A stretch of 49,151 nucleotides of DNA, taken from assembly GCA_045837725.1 (NCBI GenBank), contig JBEWZL010000149.1, forward strand, positions 62,001 to 111,151. Reading direction: 5' to 3'. Below, piece after piece: positions 17,357-29,000 of the stretch. Each line of letters opens with the position of its first letter. The stretch's first letter is position 1. Made by a program: the position numbers and the translations under genes. Origin of the DNA: Vermamoeba vermiformis (taxonomy: Eukaryota). The notes under the pieces were generated by a model. That model ran no database searches, was not told where the DNA came from, and saw only the letters and a list, made by a program, of their open reading frames with translations.

Positions 17357-17692
17357 TATAGTTTGCGAAACCTTATAATTAAATGTGCATACGTTCAAAA
17401 CACTTCTAGTCTTATCACTTGAACGCTCTCAATCAAGTAGTGTTCGGATGGGAACCGAAATCCGCTAAACAATAATACAAATGGTTTATTATTATCCACA
17501 ATACAACAAATAAAAACGATATAACTTTACAAGTAAATATAACAACTACAAACGGATCTAAAGACTAACAAGGCAAAATAACGAAACGCGACGTTTAAAG
17601 TCTTTGTTTTTCGCTATTTAGCCTAGTTAAGCCATAAAAATCCATGTGCAAGTATGCCACAGAATTGTAGCATATTAAAGTTTCCGGTTCTC

Positions 17693-18892
17693 TTAAAGAA
17701 TAATACATCTGCGACCACTGCTAGGTTTCTTTTGTTTCTTTTGAGTGGTTGCATCCTTTTCGCTTTGCTTGGACTTAACCCATTGGTCAATTTGTCGCAC
17801 GAGCTCAATGTAAGGTTCAGAAATGTTAACGCGGTTCTTGGCCGAAGTCTACGAAAAAAAGTTAGCAAATCCGGATTCAAAAACACCAGTACAAATGGTT
17901 TATAGTCATGAATCGCGCATTATGACTGCCACGATATGCTTACCTCGATGAATGGTGCGTTAATGCTGCGAGCAAAGGCTTGTCCGTCAGCGAATTGTAC
18001 ATCTCGTAATTCTTCCAAATCGCTCTTATTACCAACAATAACAACGGGGAATGAAGCTTCGTCCTTGACTCGAAGCATTTGGTTGTGCAAGGTCTTCAAT
18101 TTCTTAAAGCTCTCAAGGTTATCGATCGAATAAACCATCAAGAAACCTTGACCTTGGCGCAAGTACTGATCTGTTCAGAATAAAATTATTAGTTGACATA
18201 TGACGTGATTGAGTAAATCTTCGCGATGAAGTATTGTAGACATTCGATGAATAAATATTAATCTTCAAATTAACGTGATTCAGAAGCGGAAAAGTTACGG
18301 ATGTCACAATCCGGAATCCGTTTTCAATTTCCGAAATTGTCAATTCTAATATTTTGAATCCATTAAATACCTCTCATAGCATTGTATTCTTCTTGTCCAG
18401 CTGTTTATTGAAATATACGTTAATATAATCCATAAAATGCGTTGATTATCTTACCTGTATCTAAAATGTCTAATACGACTGCTCTTCCGTCAACCTCGAG
18501 TTGTTTTCTAAATATTCGTGTCAATGATTGCTGGTTCAAATAAAATATATGAAGTTTTAGACGGAATGGATTTCTCTCCAAATATTTGTCCAGTATTTAA
18601 CGTCGATGTTTACCTGTATGAATTCTCTATAATAATATAATATCATGTTAGTAATTATATTAAATTATCAGCATTATTAAAGCTTACCAATAGTAGGATC
18701 ATACTCGTAAATAAACATTTGTTGTGTCAGCTGAATTGTCAGAGCGCTCTTTCCAACACCACCTATTATAAATAATACAACAATGAGCCTCTATCATTGC
18801 ATAGGATAATTAATTCAGTCTTTTCTCCGCCATATCTGCTCACCTTCACCAACGACAACGATTTTATACAAACTATCCTTATTAGTTGCCAT
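17693..18892 (-). CDS. Ras subfamily small GTPase, RasC-like, with CAAX (CIIL)
   Basis: Spliced: [47 protein letters not shown]-term [15 protein letters not shown]. Confidence 0.95.
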
Positions 18893-19092
18893 TATTCTTT
18901 AAAGTATACACAGTGTTGTTACTAAGCTACGCAGAGACAAAATGTCGCGCTAGCACCGCCAAAAGATTCGTGTCCAAAACTGTCAAACGTGTCTCGAAAT
19001 GAAATTTCGCCTGGCTTGATCGCGATTCGTTCGTTATTTTTAGAGAATGTAATTCGGCCGTTCTTCGCGTCATTATGAGGTTGTATTGACGA

Positions 19093-22000
19093 CTAATCCA
19101 TAGGATGAAGTTCATAAAAGCATACGTCTAAGCCATTCAAAGAAGTCTTAAACTCGATCTGCGACGAATTAAAGGTTTGTAGCAGTTCCACTTCGCCGTT
19201 GAGCATGACTTGCGTGAGAACATATGATTTGGCAGGAGATATCGCATAATCGAAGACCGCATCCATTTTCCAAAGCACATTTTTGATCTCGTCCAAACCA
19301 CCGTTCACGATAAAGATACCTAAACAACTCCGTTTAATAACTAATCAAGTTTCATATGTTTCAATAGGGGTCTTAGCCAGAATCTTTGTCCAGCCGAAAT
19401 CGAACGATCGAAAAACACCTGAAATCTTACCGAGAGAATTCTTTTCGCTAGAACTCCAGACTGTGCTTGCAATAGTCGGCACGCAATCATGCGAATTATC
19501 ACGAGTATAGTTATTATGTATTGGCCTCATGAGCTGTCCGCCAATGAAGTAATCCAAGCCCAGCGTTCTGTACCGCATCAAAGTCGCGATGTAGTCCACA
19601 ATGAACCCTTGGTGCTCGCTCTCGAAGAACTGTAAGTAGCCGTCAGCTCCATCCAAAGCAAACCAACCAAGCTGAGTGCCATACACGAACATCTTAACCG
19701 GGGTTAGTAGAAGATCCTTCCGCAGTTGTGTTACGTGTCACCGTATTGTCACGCCTCACTTACCGTCGCCATCTCTTTCGTAAATTGAGCGGGAGCTGAG
19801 GTCAAACGGCCAGAGAAGTATTTGCCGAATGTGATAGTGTGGTCGGAATAGACTGCTTGAAAGAGCGGTACCATTCGACAGTTTTTGTAACCTCCAATTA
19901 CCAAATAACCCGCGAGATACGGCATGTACACTTCTGCGTTTGACTCTGATGAAAATAGTTAATTAGACCAGATCTGGCTTGAAACAAAAAAAAAAAGAAA
20001 GGATTTGAGTAGACTCATAGCCCCCGCATTCAGCCAATGAAGGAAGTGTTCACCCCACGGGTCGGTGGAGCGAATCGAGGAGGCTGAGTATTTTCCTCGT
20101 CCACTAATTCCATCAAACAAACTGCAAAACAACGAGTTTTGTTCGGAACCAATGTTCTCGCTTAATTTTGTTGTGGGAGCAGACAGAGCGTTTAGTCCGC
20201 AACCAAAAATGCGCTTCCTTCACTTTAACAGCACAGCTTACCTGAAACCAACGCGAAACTGGTGTCGATCTCGGATCTGATTCGGATCAGGACGTCGTTG
20301 TAACCATCGGACTGGTTCAAAGGGTCAGAAAACGTCTAAAAAAAGTATCTGAGGTTGCATTACCCAGTATGAGCCTCCTCCACGAGGGTGCTTGTGTTTC
20401 GGGTCGTAGAAGAGCGCGGCAGGCTTAGATGCGAGCTAGTTCTTCGTTAGAAAATTATCTAAAAATAGTACGACTTACTTGGTCAATATATACACCGTCA
20501 ACAAAATGTTTCTTGGCAAATTCAGTGGTAAGTGAGCTGATCGGAAGTTAATTTTTTGCGATCGAATCTGATTTGATTCTTACGTCAGCTTTTTTTGCCA
20601 GAAAGATGTCGAAGGACACATAACCGCCCATTGTTGATCATTTTCGTACTCTTCAATATACATTGGAGCGTGGCTGGGCTTAGATCTCGCTGCACTGGAT
20701 TTACAGCAGTGCTTCTCGCCCTCGTCAGGAACCCAAGTTTGCGTATTTATATCATATATCCTTCCGTTGATATAAGGCACCAATCTCACTCCTGTTATAC
20801 TCTTTAGACCATTTCTGGTACCAGATCGTTCGTGTGATTTCTTACCTTGCGCTTGAAGTCGCTTAGTGACCTCATCAAAATGCTCTTTAGCAGGGAAATA
20901 ATTCGGAAAGTTGGTTTCCCATCGCTCTTGATGCCACACATACCAATGCGCCACTACATTGGATGCGTTGAAATGCTTGCTCTTGTTAAAGACAGCAAGG
21001 AACCGATTGACGTTGCGTTCAAACACGAGCGGATCACCTGATAGATACATTGTTACTTCCGGAGAAAGAGACAATTTTCACTGCTTAGACTAACCTAAAT
21101 CATATTCCAACTCTCTGGGAGTCCAATGCGAGTTGATCCACAAGGTCGTTTCTTTGAACCACTGCGGAATATCTTTGCGCGCCTTCGTAGGTCCAGCCCT
21201 ATATGTAAGGTAAGCATATTATCCTTATTAGTAATAAAGCTAGTGGAACTTACTTTGTCCAAGGAGCGTTCTTTAAGGCCCAATTGCGATAGATCTGAGA
21301 GCCATCCCACCAGTCGCCACAAAACGGGCCTACAATCGATGATATTATAGATAATTCCAACGATCGGCCCTACTTACCGATGAGAAACGGAACGGATTCG
21401 ATCTGCCAAGTCAACGGCAGGATATTGTTTTCAGGGATGAGCTTTGCAGTAAATCCAATTCCTAAGGTATGAAATATTAGTTATACGTTGTTCTATTGTT
21501 GCGATTTAGTTGCCTTTCAACGTGGTAAAAGATTGCAGCCCTTTTTGAGTTGCTGTCGGATCTATTATACCGTAGAACAGCCCAAGACCACGACTGCACG
21601 GCATAGTACTGTTTTTTGCCTTTTCAGAATGGTGTATCATAAAGGGCATTGAAACTGGACCTGAAGGATATCGGTCACCGGTCCAGCTCGGTAACACTTT
21701 GCGTTCACCCAGTTCTACAACAATAGAGCTTATTAACAGCGGTAAAAATATATCAGGAGCGAGATATTACCATTAGGTACGTATACTACGTCGTTTAGAA
21801 GTTTGCCAGCGAGATTGGAAACAATCATAAAGTTATAATAAAATAACGCTAGATCTCCACCCACCGGCCCCTACGACATGTTAGGTTAGTATACATTTTA
21901 CAGTAAATGCACAGCCTACTATCAATATCTTGCTCTCTGCCAAGCCACTTGGTTGCAGTACAATTTGTACCGAAACATTGACGGACGAGTTTGTCCCTTT

Positions 22001-22547
22001 AATCGCTAGCCAATTCGTAAGTTTAATGTAAAAAATAGCTGTATTTTATGCTTAACGTACTAGTATTAATCCAGTGCAAGTACAGAGTTGCCGTTGAATT
22101 GCTTGTAGCGAGTTCGTATTTCATAGTTTCCGTTGGAGCAGATCCATCTACGAGCTGAAGACTTTTGCATTAAATATCTACATTATCCTTATTAAGGGTA
22201 TTATGAGCTTACGTATTCAACGCCCTGCACATCCCGAAAGGATAGGATCCAAATCTGGTTTGGAGTTAAACCGTTCATGCAGGAGTAGGCATCTGAGCTG
22301 TTAATAAACTTCAACGCGATTGATTGCAGCCCAAAACTTTGTCTATCGAATTGCCAACGCGCGTTTGAATTTTCTAATATTATATTACCGCTACAATATT
22401 CATTTTAATTAGATCCGAATTTTGTATTGAAAAATAATGTCTTGAAATGCTAAATATATTTTATTACCTCTTTTCGATCGTCTCCCCGCGATGTAAACCA
22501 ATGAGACAACAGATTAACAAGCAAGCCACTACAAACCGTATTATCAT
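19093..22547 (-). CDS. Secreted DUF6259-like putative glycoside hydrolase (many introns)
   Basis: Signal peptide MIIRFVVACLLICCLIG; HWYVWH..NFPNYFPAK, VRLVPYINGRIYD, MCPSTSFWQ, VDGVYIDQ, HPRGGGSYW, ESNAEVYM match the DUF6259 pattern as recalled. Confidence 0.7.
19986..20000 (-). terminator. Poly-T tract (TTTC then T11) directly 3' of candidate ncRNA; Pol III-type terminator
   Basis: Plus-strand A-run 19986-19996 abuts the 3' arm of the terminal stem. Confidence 0.5.
20001..20111 (-). ncRNA. Candidate novel structured small RNA (~111-118 nt) nested in a 296-nt intron (19946-20241)
   Basis: GC-rich island; ends pair (GGAATT-AGTGGAC / GTCTACT-C-AAATCC); inner stems AGCCTCC/GGGGGCT and ATTCGCT/GGCTGAAT; followed by poly-T; preceded by TCCCACAA at -67..-60. 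Confidence 0.65.
20171..20178 (-). promoter_or_regulatory. DUSE/USE-like snRNA-type upstream element TCCCACAA
   Basis: Matches the Dictyostelium upstream sequence element consensus WCCCAYAA at roughly the expected ~60 nt distance from the candidate RNA 5' end. Confidence 0.55.
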
Positions 22548-22737
22548 TTCATTAGATCGCTCTGAGTAGGTTCTTTAACGGATGAAAAACAAGATCGCTC
22601 AGGAAACGATCAGTAGTTGAATAGACTTTCCTACGAATATTCGTTTTCAATACCAGGGACAGCCAAATTAAGATAATTTTTTGGGTGCTTAGCTATAAGT
22701 GCTTATAAACATAATATTATTACACAAAGAGCGCAAT

Positions 22738-23894
22738 ATGAGGAATACATTGTCTATTGTTATTGTAGCTCTGTTTTCATTGCAGATCGTTGCTAGATGT
22801 CAAGAACTTCCTATCCCAAATCGGTATGAAGGAATGAAGATAGGTAGGCGGAATAAATATTAATACCCGAGAATGCTAATAATACTCAAGCGGTGCAAAT
22901 TTGAGGAAGGAAGTCTTCATTTAAAAATTAGGCATTTATTATTTTATTCGCTTAAAATTGACCTTGACCGTTAAAATTAATCCTATAATTAGTGCGTAAA
23001 TTCTTATTATATTTAGGTAATCCTGCGGCGCCTATTTTGTTGGAAGAATTCCTTGATCTTCAGTGTATGAAATGTCAAGCTGCGCATCCGACAATCAAAC
23101 AAGTTCTTACGCACTACGGACCCGATAAGATTTATTATATTCAACACATTAACCCGTTAGACTTGCATAGACAAGCATGGGATGCTGCCAAGGTAAACTT
23201 CATCATGTTGAATGGCACGCACTTAGATCGCGGCTTATTATTCATACAGTCAGTCGTAATATATTAATAATTTTATTAAATAGTCCGCTGCTGTAGTCAA
23301 CAAGTATGCTCCACAGCGTAAGTTCATTTTGTCGAGTTGAGCGCGTACCTTAGCAAATTGAGACTGACATTTGTATCGATAAGACTATTGGGACTACATT
23401 GACTACATGTTCGCCAATCAAAATCAATATTACGACGCCGCATTCTTTAACAAGACCGAAGCTCAGTTGTACGATCTGTTCGCGAGCTGGGGTGAACAAT
23501 ACGGCATTAAGAAGAGCTTGTTTATCAAAGAGATGTCGAGCGATTATGCTTTTTCAGTAGCTGATATGTACGTATAGTATATATGAATATGAGATGAACT
23601 ACACATTCGAAGTTTATCGGATCCGATGTGGGAGATTTGTCGTACCTAAAGTACTATTTCTACTTAATGAACTAACATATTATGCTAGGGGACGATTGTT
23701 CTCGGTGACTAGAGGCGTTCATTATACTCCTACATTCTATGTCAATGGTGTTAAGGCTACACAAGTCGACTCAACTACGACCGTGCAGCAGTGGATCCAG
23801 TTCTTAGGTAACCTATAGATATTACTCGCTTATATCACTGCGATATATCCTAATGTATTTATCGATAGACCCATTGATTTCCGGTGGAAATTAG
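22738..23894 (+). CDS. Secreted DsbA/thioredoxin-fold protein (CMKC)
   Basis: Signal peptide; GNPAAPILLEEFLDLQCMKC, PLDLHRQAW, GVHYTPTFYVNG (cis-Pro loop); 6 exons. Confidence 0.9.
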
Positions 23895-24149
23895 ACAATG
23901 TAAACTAGCAATAAAATCAGCCTTGGACACGAGCTGCTTTTTACGCTGCAACACCACTTAAAGCTTGTTTTTGGATGGCTATACGCAGGTACGCGTTATT
24001 TTGTGTATTACGCACTATAGACACGTGCTGTTGTTCACTTTAGAACGAGCACAATTACGCGAAATTTAGATCCCGCTTTTGCCCGAGCCAAAAACATTTA
24101 AAAATCATTTTTCGTTTCTTCTGCAATAATTTATAGTAACTAACGTGGT

Positions 24150-25000
24150 ATGGATCCAACATCGCTCGTTGTATATATTTTACGGCTTGTTGGAGTCTCA
24201 TTATTTCCGATCTGTCGTGCAATATGCTTCTTGATTTTAAATGCTAAAATAGATGATAGAAGGAAGGATACTAGGTAAAAATACCAAATATTTGCTCGGA
24301 AAGTATTATTTAAAAGCTAATAACATTCTTCTAGATGCGTAACACTGCAGACACTTTTTACAGCGGGTGCTATGGTCGTAGCAATTCTCGCGCAAACTGA
24401 TCCTAGCTTAAACTTGTCTTGGACAATCATCCCTGTCCCTCCGGTTAGTCTTTGTCAATTGGTACCGAAACCAGATCCGCTAACACAAACAATTCCAGGA
24501 GCCTGATTTAATTCTCGCGTGCATCGGCATTGCAATTGTAATTTTAGCTTGTATATTATTATTTATTTCTGTTGGAAGGCTTGTTAAAGCGTCAGATGAT
24601 GGTGACATAAAGGTAAGACTTCAAAATGATGATCTTTCTTCCGGACAAAATTTCAACCAATCAGTACTGTTTACTAATGATCTGTTCTTTTTTTAGGCTA
24701 TCGTTCAAAGAGGTCCTTATCGGTTCGTTAGGCATCCTATTTCACGCTGCATTTTTTATCTACGTAGTGGGCTCGTTCATCATTCGATTGAATTGGTTCT
24801 TTACCTTATTAGTAATGCTCGCATGGCTCTTTGGGACAATCGCATTGGCCGATGAAGAACAGCATTTACTTTCCCTCTACGGTAAAGATTATTTGGACTA
24901 TAAAAAGGCTGTAGGCGCTGTATGGCCTTGCACTTGTGGCGATTGTGGTTTATCGAGAAAGAAGGCCGTTGCTATCATCGAGGCTAAAGAGCACGCGTAA
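24150..25000 (+). CDS. ICMT/PEMT-family integral membrane methyltransferase-like protein; apparent +1 insertion at 24740-24742
   Basis: Hydrophobic segments; IVQRGPYRFVRHP followed (after removing one T) by IHAAFF...EEQHLLSLYGKDYLDYKKAV. Confidence 0.8.
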
Positions 25001-26001
25001 TCAGCTGCCCGCCATCCAACAAAATATTGTACAAATAAAGCGTCATTGAATTTGAATTAATTCGTTCGATATGTCCACAAACCCCAATCATCACAAAAAA
25101 TAATAGATTCATCGTCAGTAATTTTATAATTACGAATAGTTTACTGAACAACGACGTAACGTTTAACTATTGCGGTCGAAATGAGCGTTGTAATATTTTC
25201 TTCAGGTAATAATATTTTTATTTTCAAGTAATATTAATATAACCATTATCAACGATAGTCGCCTACAAACATGTAGTCGGCGCAAATTTTTTTAAACGGT
25301 TTGATTTTCTTTTTGAAAATTCCGATCTCGATCGAGTATTCCATTGCGCAAGGCTTCATTATTTATTCATATGTCAAAGGTCATATAAATAATTGCATTC
25401 GCTTACCCAAGGCTTACACCTTTTCTTCGTAGTGCTGCATCCCGGACAGACAACGTGATGGCTTGGTACACAGCAACTGCCCGCTGTCATTGAACGTTCA
25501 CTAATAAAGGAAACGCCAACGTCGCAATGAGGTAATGTAGCTACAATCCTTGCTTACCTCAACCGCATTATTTTTCTTAGCAACTTTGGCAATGTACAAC
25601 CTGGTCTAATTAAATGAATAGGACACGTAGGGCGAGGCTTCAGTTTCTAGTACATTACGACAATCGACGCACATAATCAGCCGCGTGATTCACCAGGGGA
25701 CTGCAAATTGATCCGATCCACATAGTACGGAGAGCAACTTTGCTCTGCAGTATTAGCAACATATGGTTATCTTAGCACGGGTGAGCACTACATTAGTTTA
25801 TTATGTCAATTTGTGCGTGAGATTGCGTTAAGGGACAAAAAAGATCACATTAGTATTTTACGAATCACACACAATGAATATGACACCTGACACTTCTAGC
25901 GGGCCAACCGCGAATCTTTTGTCGATAAAAATGGTTTCGGTGCAGCTGTTTTGACACACTTTTCCTTCCAGACTCGACCACAAGAGACAGTATCCCACAC
26001 A

Positions 26002-29000
26002 ATGGGCAAGCAAGTCTCTCGTAAAACGAGAAACATCTTGATTATCTGCGCTGCGGCCTTCGTCGCCGCTGCTGCAGCCGTTCTTCTTGGAGTTTTGCTT
26101 ACTCAATTACCCAAAAACGGTGATAACAATAACCCTCAAGTCGGTAAGCGAATTTTATTCGATCTGCGGTTTAATTTGTTTTTAATTTTTCAATTCATCG
26201 TGACATACATTTGGTCCGGTCCCAACCGAAGATTGACTTTTTAATCCAGAATATCTTCCACAAAGCGCTAAAGGAGAACTGCTTGTTGCTGAAAAAGTCT
26301 GGGCTACTCGTCCAAATGGTGATGCTCTTATTATTGCGAGAAGCTACGACGGAAACGTGTGGGAAGCTATGCCAGATCAAGACAACGAACCTCCACAAAT
26401 TGATTGCAATGACCAAGGTCAATGCACCATGCAGACTGACGGAGAGTTCAAGACTTACTCCGTGTATGTACCTCAACAACTCAAGGAACTTTCTCCAATG
26501 CATCTCGCCTCTCGTCTTCACTTGCAAGCTACCTTCGGTGCTACCAAGGACGAGTTGTTGCGTGTTTCAAGCGCCTACGGCACTGACTACAGCCTCTGGG
26601 TTCTGGATCAAATGAGATTGACTCCTACCTACTCGAGAACGTACTACCGTCAACGTGCTAACGCTCGCCCTGGTCACTTCCAAATGGGACGCACTACCAA
26701 GCCGTGCGATATTGGCTCACGCTGGCACAGCTACTTGTTCGAGGCTACTGACAAGTACCGCTCGCTTCAGATTACTTTGAATAGTGCTGCAAGCCGATTC
26801 GTCATCCGAGTCAACAACGTTGTGCGTGGTGAAGTTACTACCTTATTCAACAAGCCTTATCCCGCCGTTGGCTACACTTTCCCGTTGAACTTGCGCATCT
26901 GCACTGTGATCGAAGAAGTCGGAGGAGCGATGACCCTCACTCTCACCAACCAAACTCAGGTTTGCAACATTGGCTGGAAGAACCCTGCCATCGAATACAT
27001 TACCGCCAGTGCTATTCAAACTTATGGACCCAACGACGCTCTTCTTGACCCTGTCATTGGTGCTCGTACCGGATCTGTCATTCTCAAGAACCGTGTGGTC
27101 TCCTGCACTGGTGCTTCAGATGGTGCCGGTAACTACTACATTCGCCAAGGCAACACCACTTACATCTTCGACGCTCGTATCAAGTTGATGCGCAACACGA
27201 TGGACACACCTTCCTACGTTGAAGCTGCATACACTGGTCAATGCCCTGTTGTTGCCAAGACTTACGAAAATCGTGGCCAATGTGTCAGACGTTCAGCGTG
27301 CAGTGGATCGACTTCATTCAAGTCTGCAACTTTCACTCTTAACGATGACATCCTCCGTGCTTGGTACACCAACTCCTCGCTCTACGTCTACTACGTCACT
27401 GATTTGAGACTCGCTGATCCCTACGACGTGTCTCCTTGCTCTAGTGGTACCTCCCGCTGGCAGCGCATCGTCAAAGGAGCCTGCCCTCAACCTACCAACT
27501 TGGATACTACTACTAAGGCCACTATAGTCGCTGCTCTCACCGCAACTAATGACCCCAATCCTTACGTCCGTGACATCTCGTTGACCGGTGCTAACTGCAA
27601 TCCCGTTAATGCTACTATTGGCGCTCAAATCGATGCTGCTGGTGAATGCTTCCAACACGTTCATCCCGATCTTTACAGCGTTCGTGACTTCACCCGCTGG
27701 GTCGATATTCACGACGGCAACAGCGATGCCATGGCTAACGGAAAGTAAGCTTAAAAAGTATTTTAATCCACGCGTGACGGTTCTAATTATCTTTACAATT
27801 AGCCCCAACCCTATTTCCAAGTGGGCAGAGATTTACAAGCAAACCTTCCTGCCATTCCCTTCCACTCATCCAATGAGCCGCTTCGCTGATCGTCGTGGTT
27901 TTATTCCTCTCGTTGGCCGCTACGGAGACACCATCAACTTCCAAGATCTGTCTACTGATTTGCAAACTGAAGAAATTGCCACTTTGGTTGGCGCTCTGCG
28001 TCCGACCTCTGCTGGTGACAGCTTTGTTGCTTGTGGCTCGTACGGAGAGGTTGAAAACATTGCCGATTTGGGCTACCACTACAACGTGTGGAACTTCAAC
28101 GCCACGGCTTACCAAACCGAATACATGGAATGGCCTGTCCCTGCTAAGACTGATCACTTCACCGTCCTCGAGAACGTCGCTTTGAAGGCAACCGATCAAC
28201 TTCGTCAACGTGTTGCTTGGTCTTTGCTCAATATTGTCACTATTGCCTCACAAGATATCGACTTCCAAGAGTACATTGAAGGCTGGCTCAGCTACTACGA
28301 CATGTTAGTTCGCAACGCTTTCGGCAACTACATGGATGTTATGCGCGATGTATCTTATCACCCTCTGATGGGTCAATACCTCAGCTACTACCAAAACAAG
28401 GCTTACTCTGTCCAAAACAACTACCCCGATGAGAACTACGCTAGAGAAATCATGCAACTTTTCAGCATTGGTTTGTGGCGACTCAACGACGACGGCACTC
28501 AAAAGGTCGACCAAGACGGCGTTCCTATGGAGACTTATACTAACGACGATATCATCGACTTTGCTCGTTTGTGGACTGGTTTTGATCGTCAAGCCATCCG
28601 TGACAACTTTGCCACTATCTTCGCCTTCGGCACTTCTTCCAACTACGTCGACAAGATGCAAATCAGACCTCAATGGCGCGACAGATTCCCCAAGGCCAAG
28701 CTCGACTCTGGTTACCTCGGTGATACTTACCCTCTTTGCGATGACATGCCCGCTCAAGCTTTCTTGCGTGAAGGTGCTCGTTACGAGTTCACTGGCTCGT
28801 TCTCCGTTGAAGGTGACTTGATTGACGCTGAAAATACCACCATTGGTGTTGGTTTGCGTGGCCGTCTCCAACCGTCAACTACCTCAGCCCTTTACCAAGC
28901 CCTCTGCGCTCCTGCTTCAGCTGGTGGTGCTTGCACTTTCCCTCTGACTGTCACTTTGACTTCCAACTTGGCTTGCACCGGTAAAGAATGCAACGCTCAG

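Noticed and set aside
20011-20105. HDV-like ribozyme (CAGCCTCCTCG resembles HDV P2-P3-L3; GGCTATGAGT resembles J4/2-P2)
   Set aside because: The P3 3' strand and the P1.1 GG are not in the required positions
20001-20111. RNase MRP/P, vault RNA or C/D snoRNA identity for the intronic RNA
   Set aside because: No GAAAGUCCCC CR-I, too short for MRP, no proper A/B boxes, imperfect box C; only superficial resemblance
25371-25620. Possible small spliced gene upstream of the DUF1800 fusion
   Set aside because: Splice-like signals exist but all three frames close quickly; no recognisable product
25550-25705. U1/U11-like words (CTTACCT, AGGGCGAGGCTT, GGGGACTGC)
   Set aside because: Wrong spacing; no SL1/SL2 loops or Sm site
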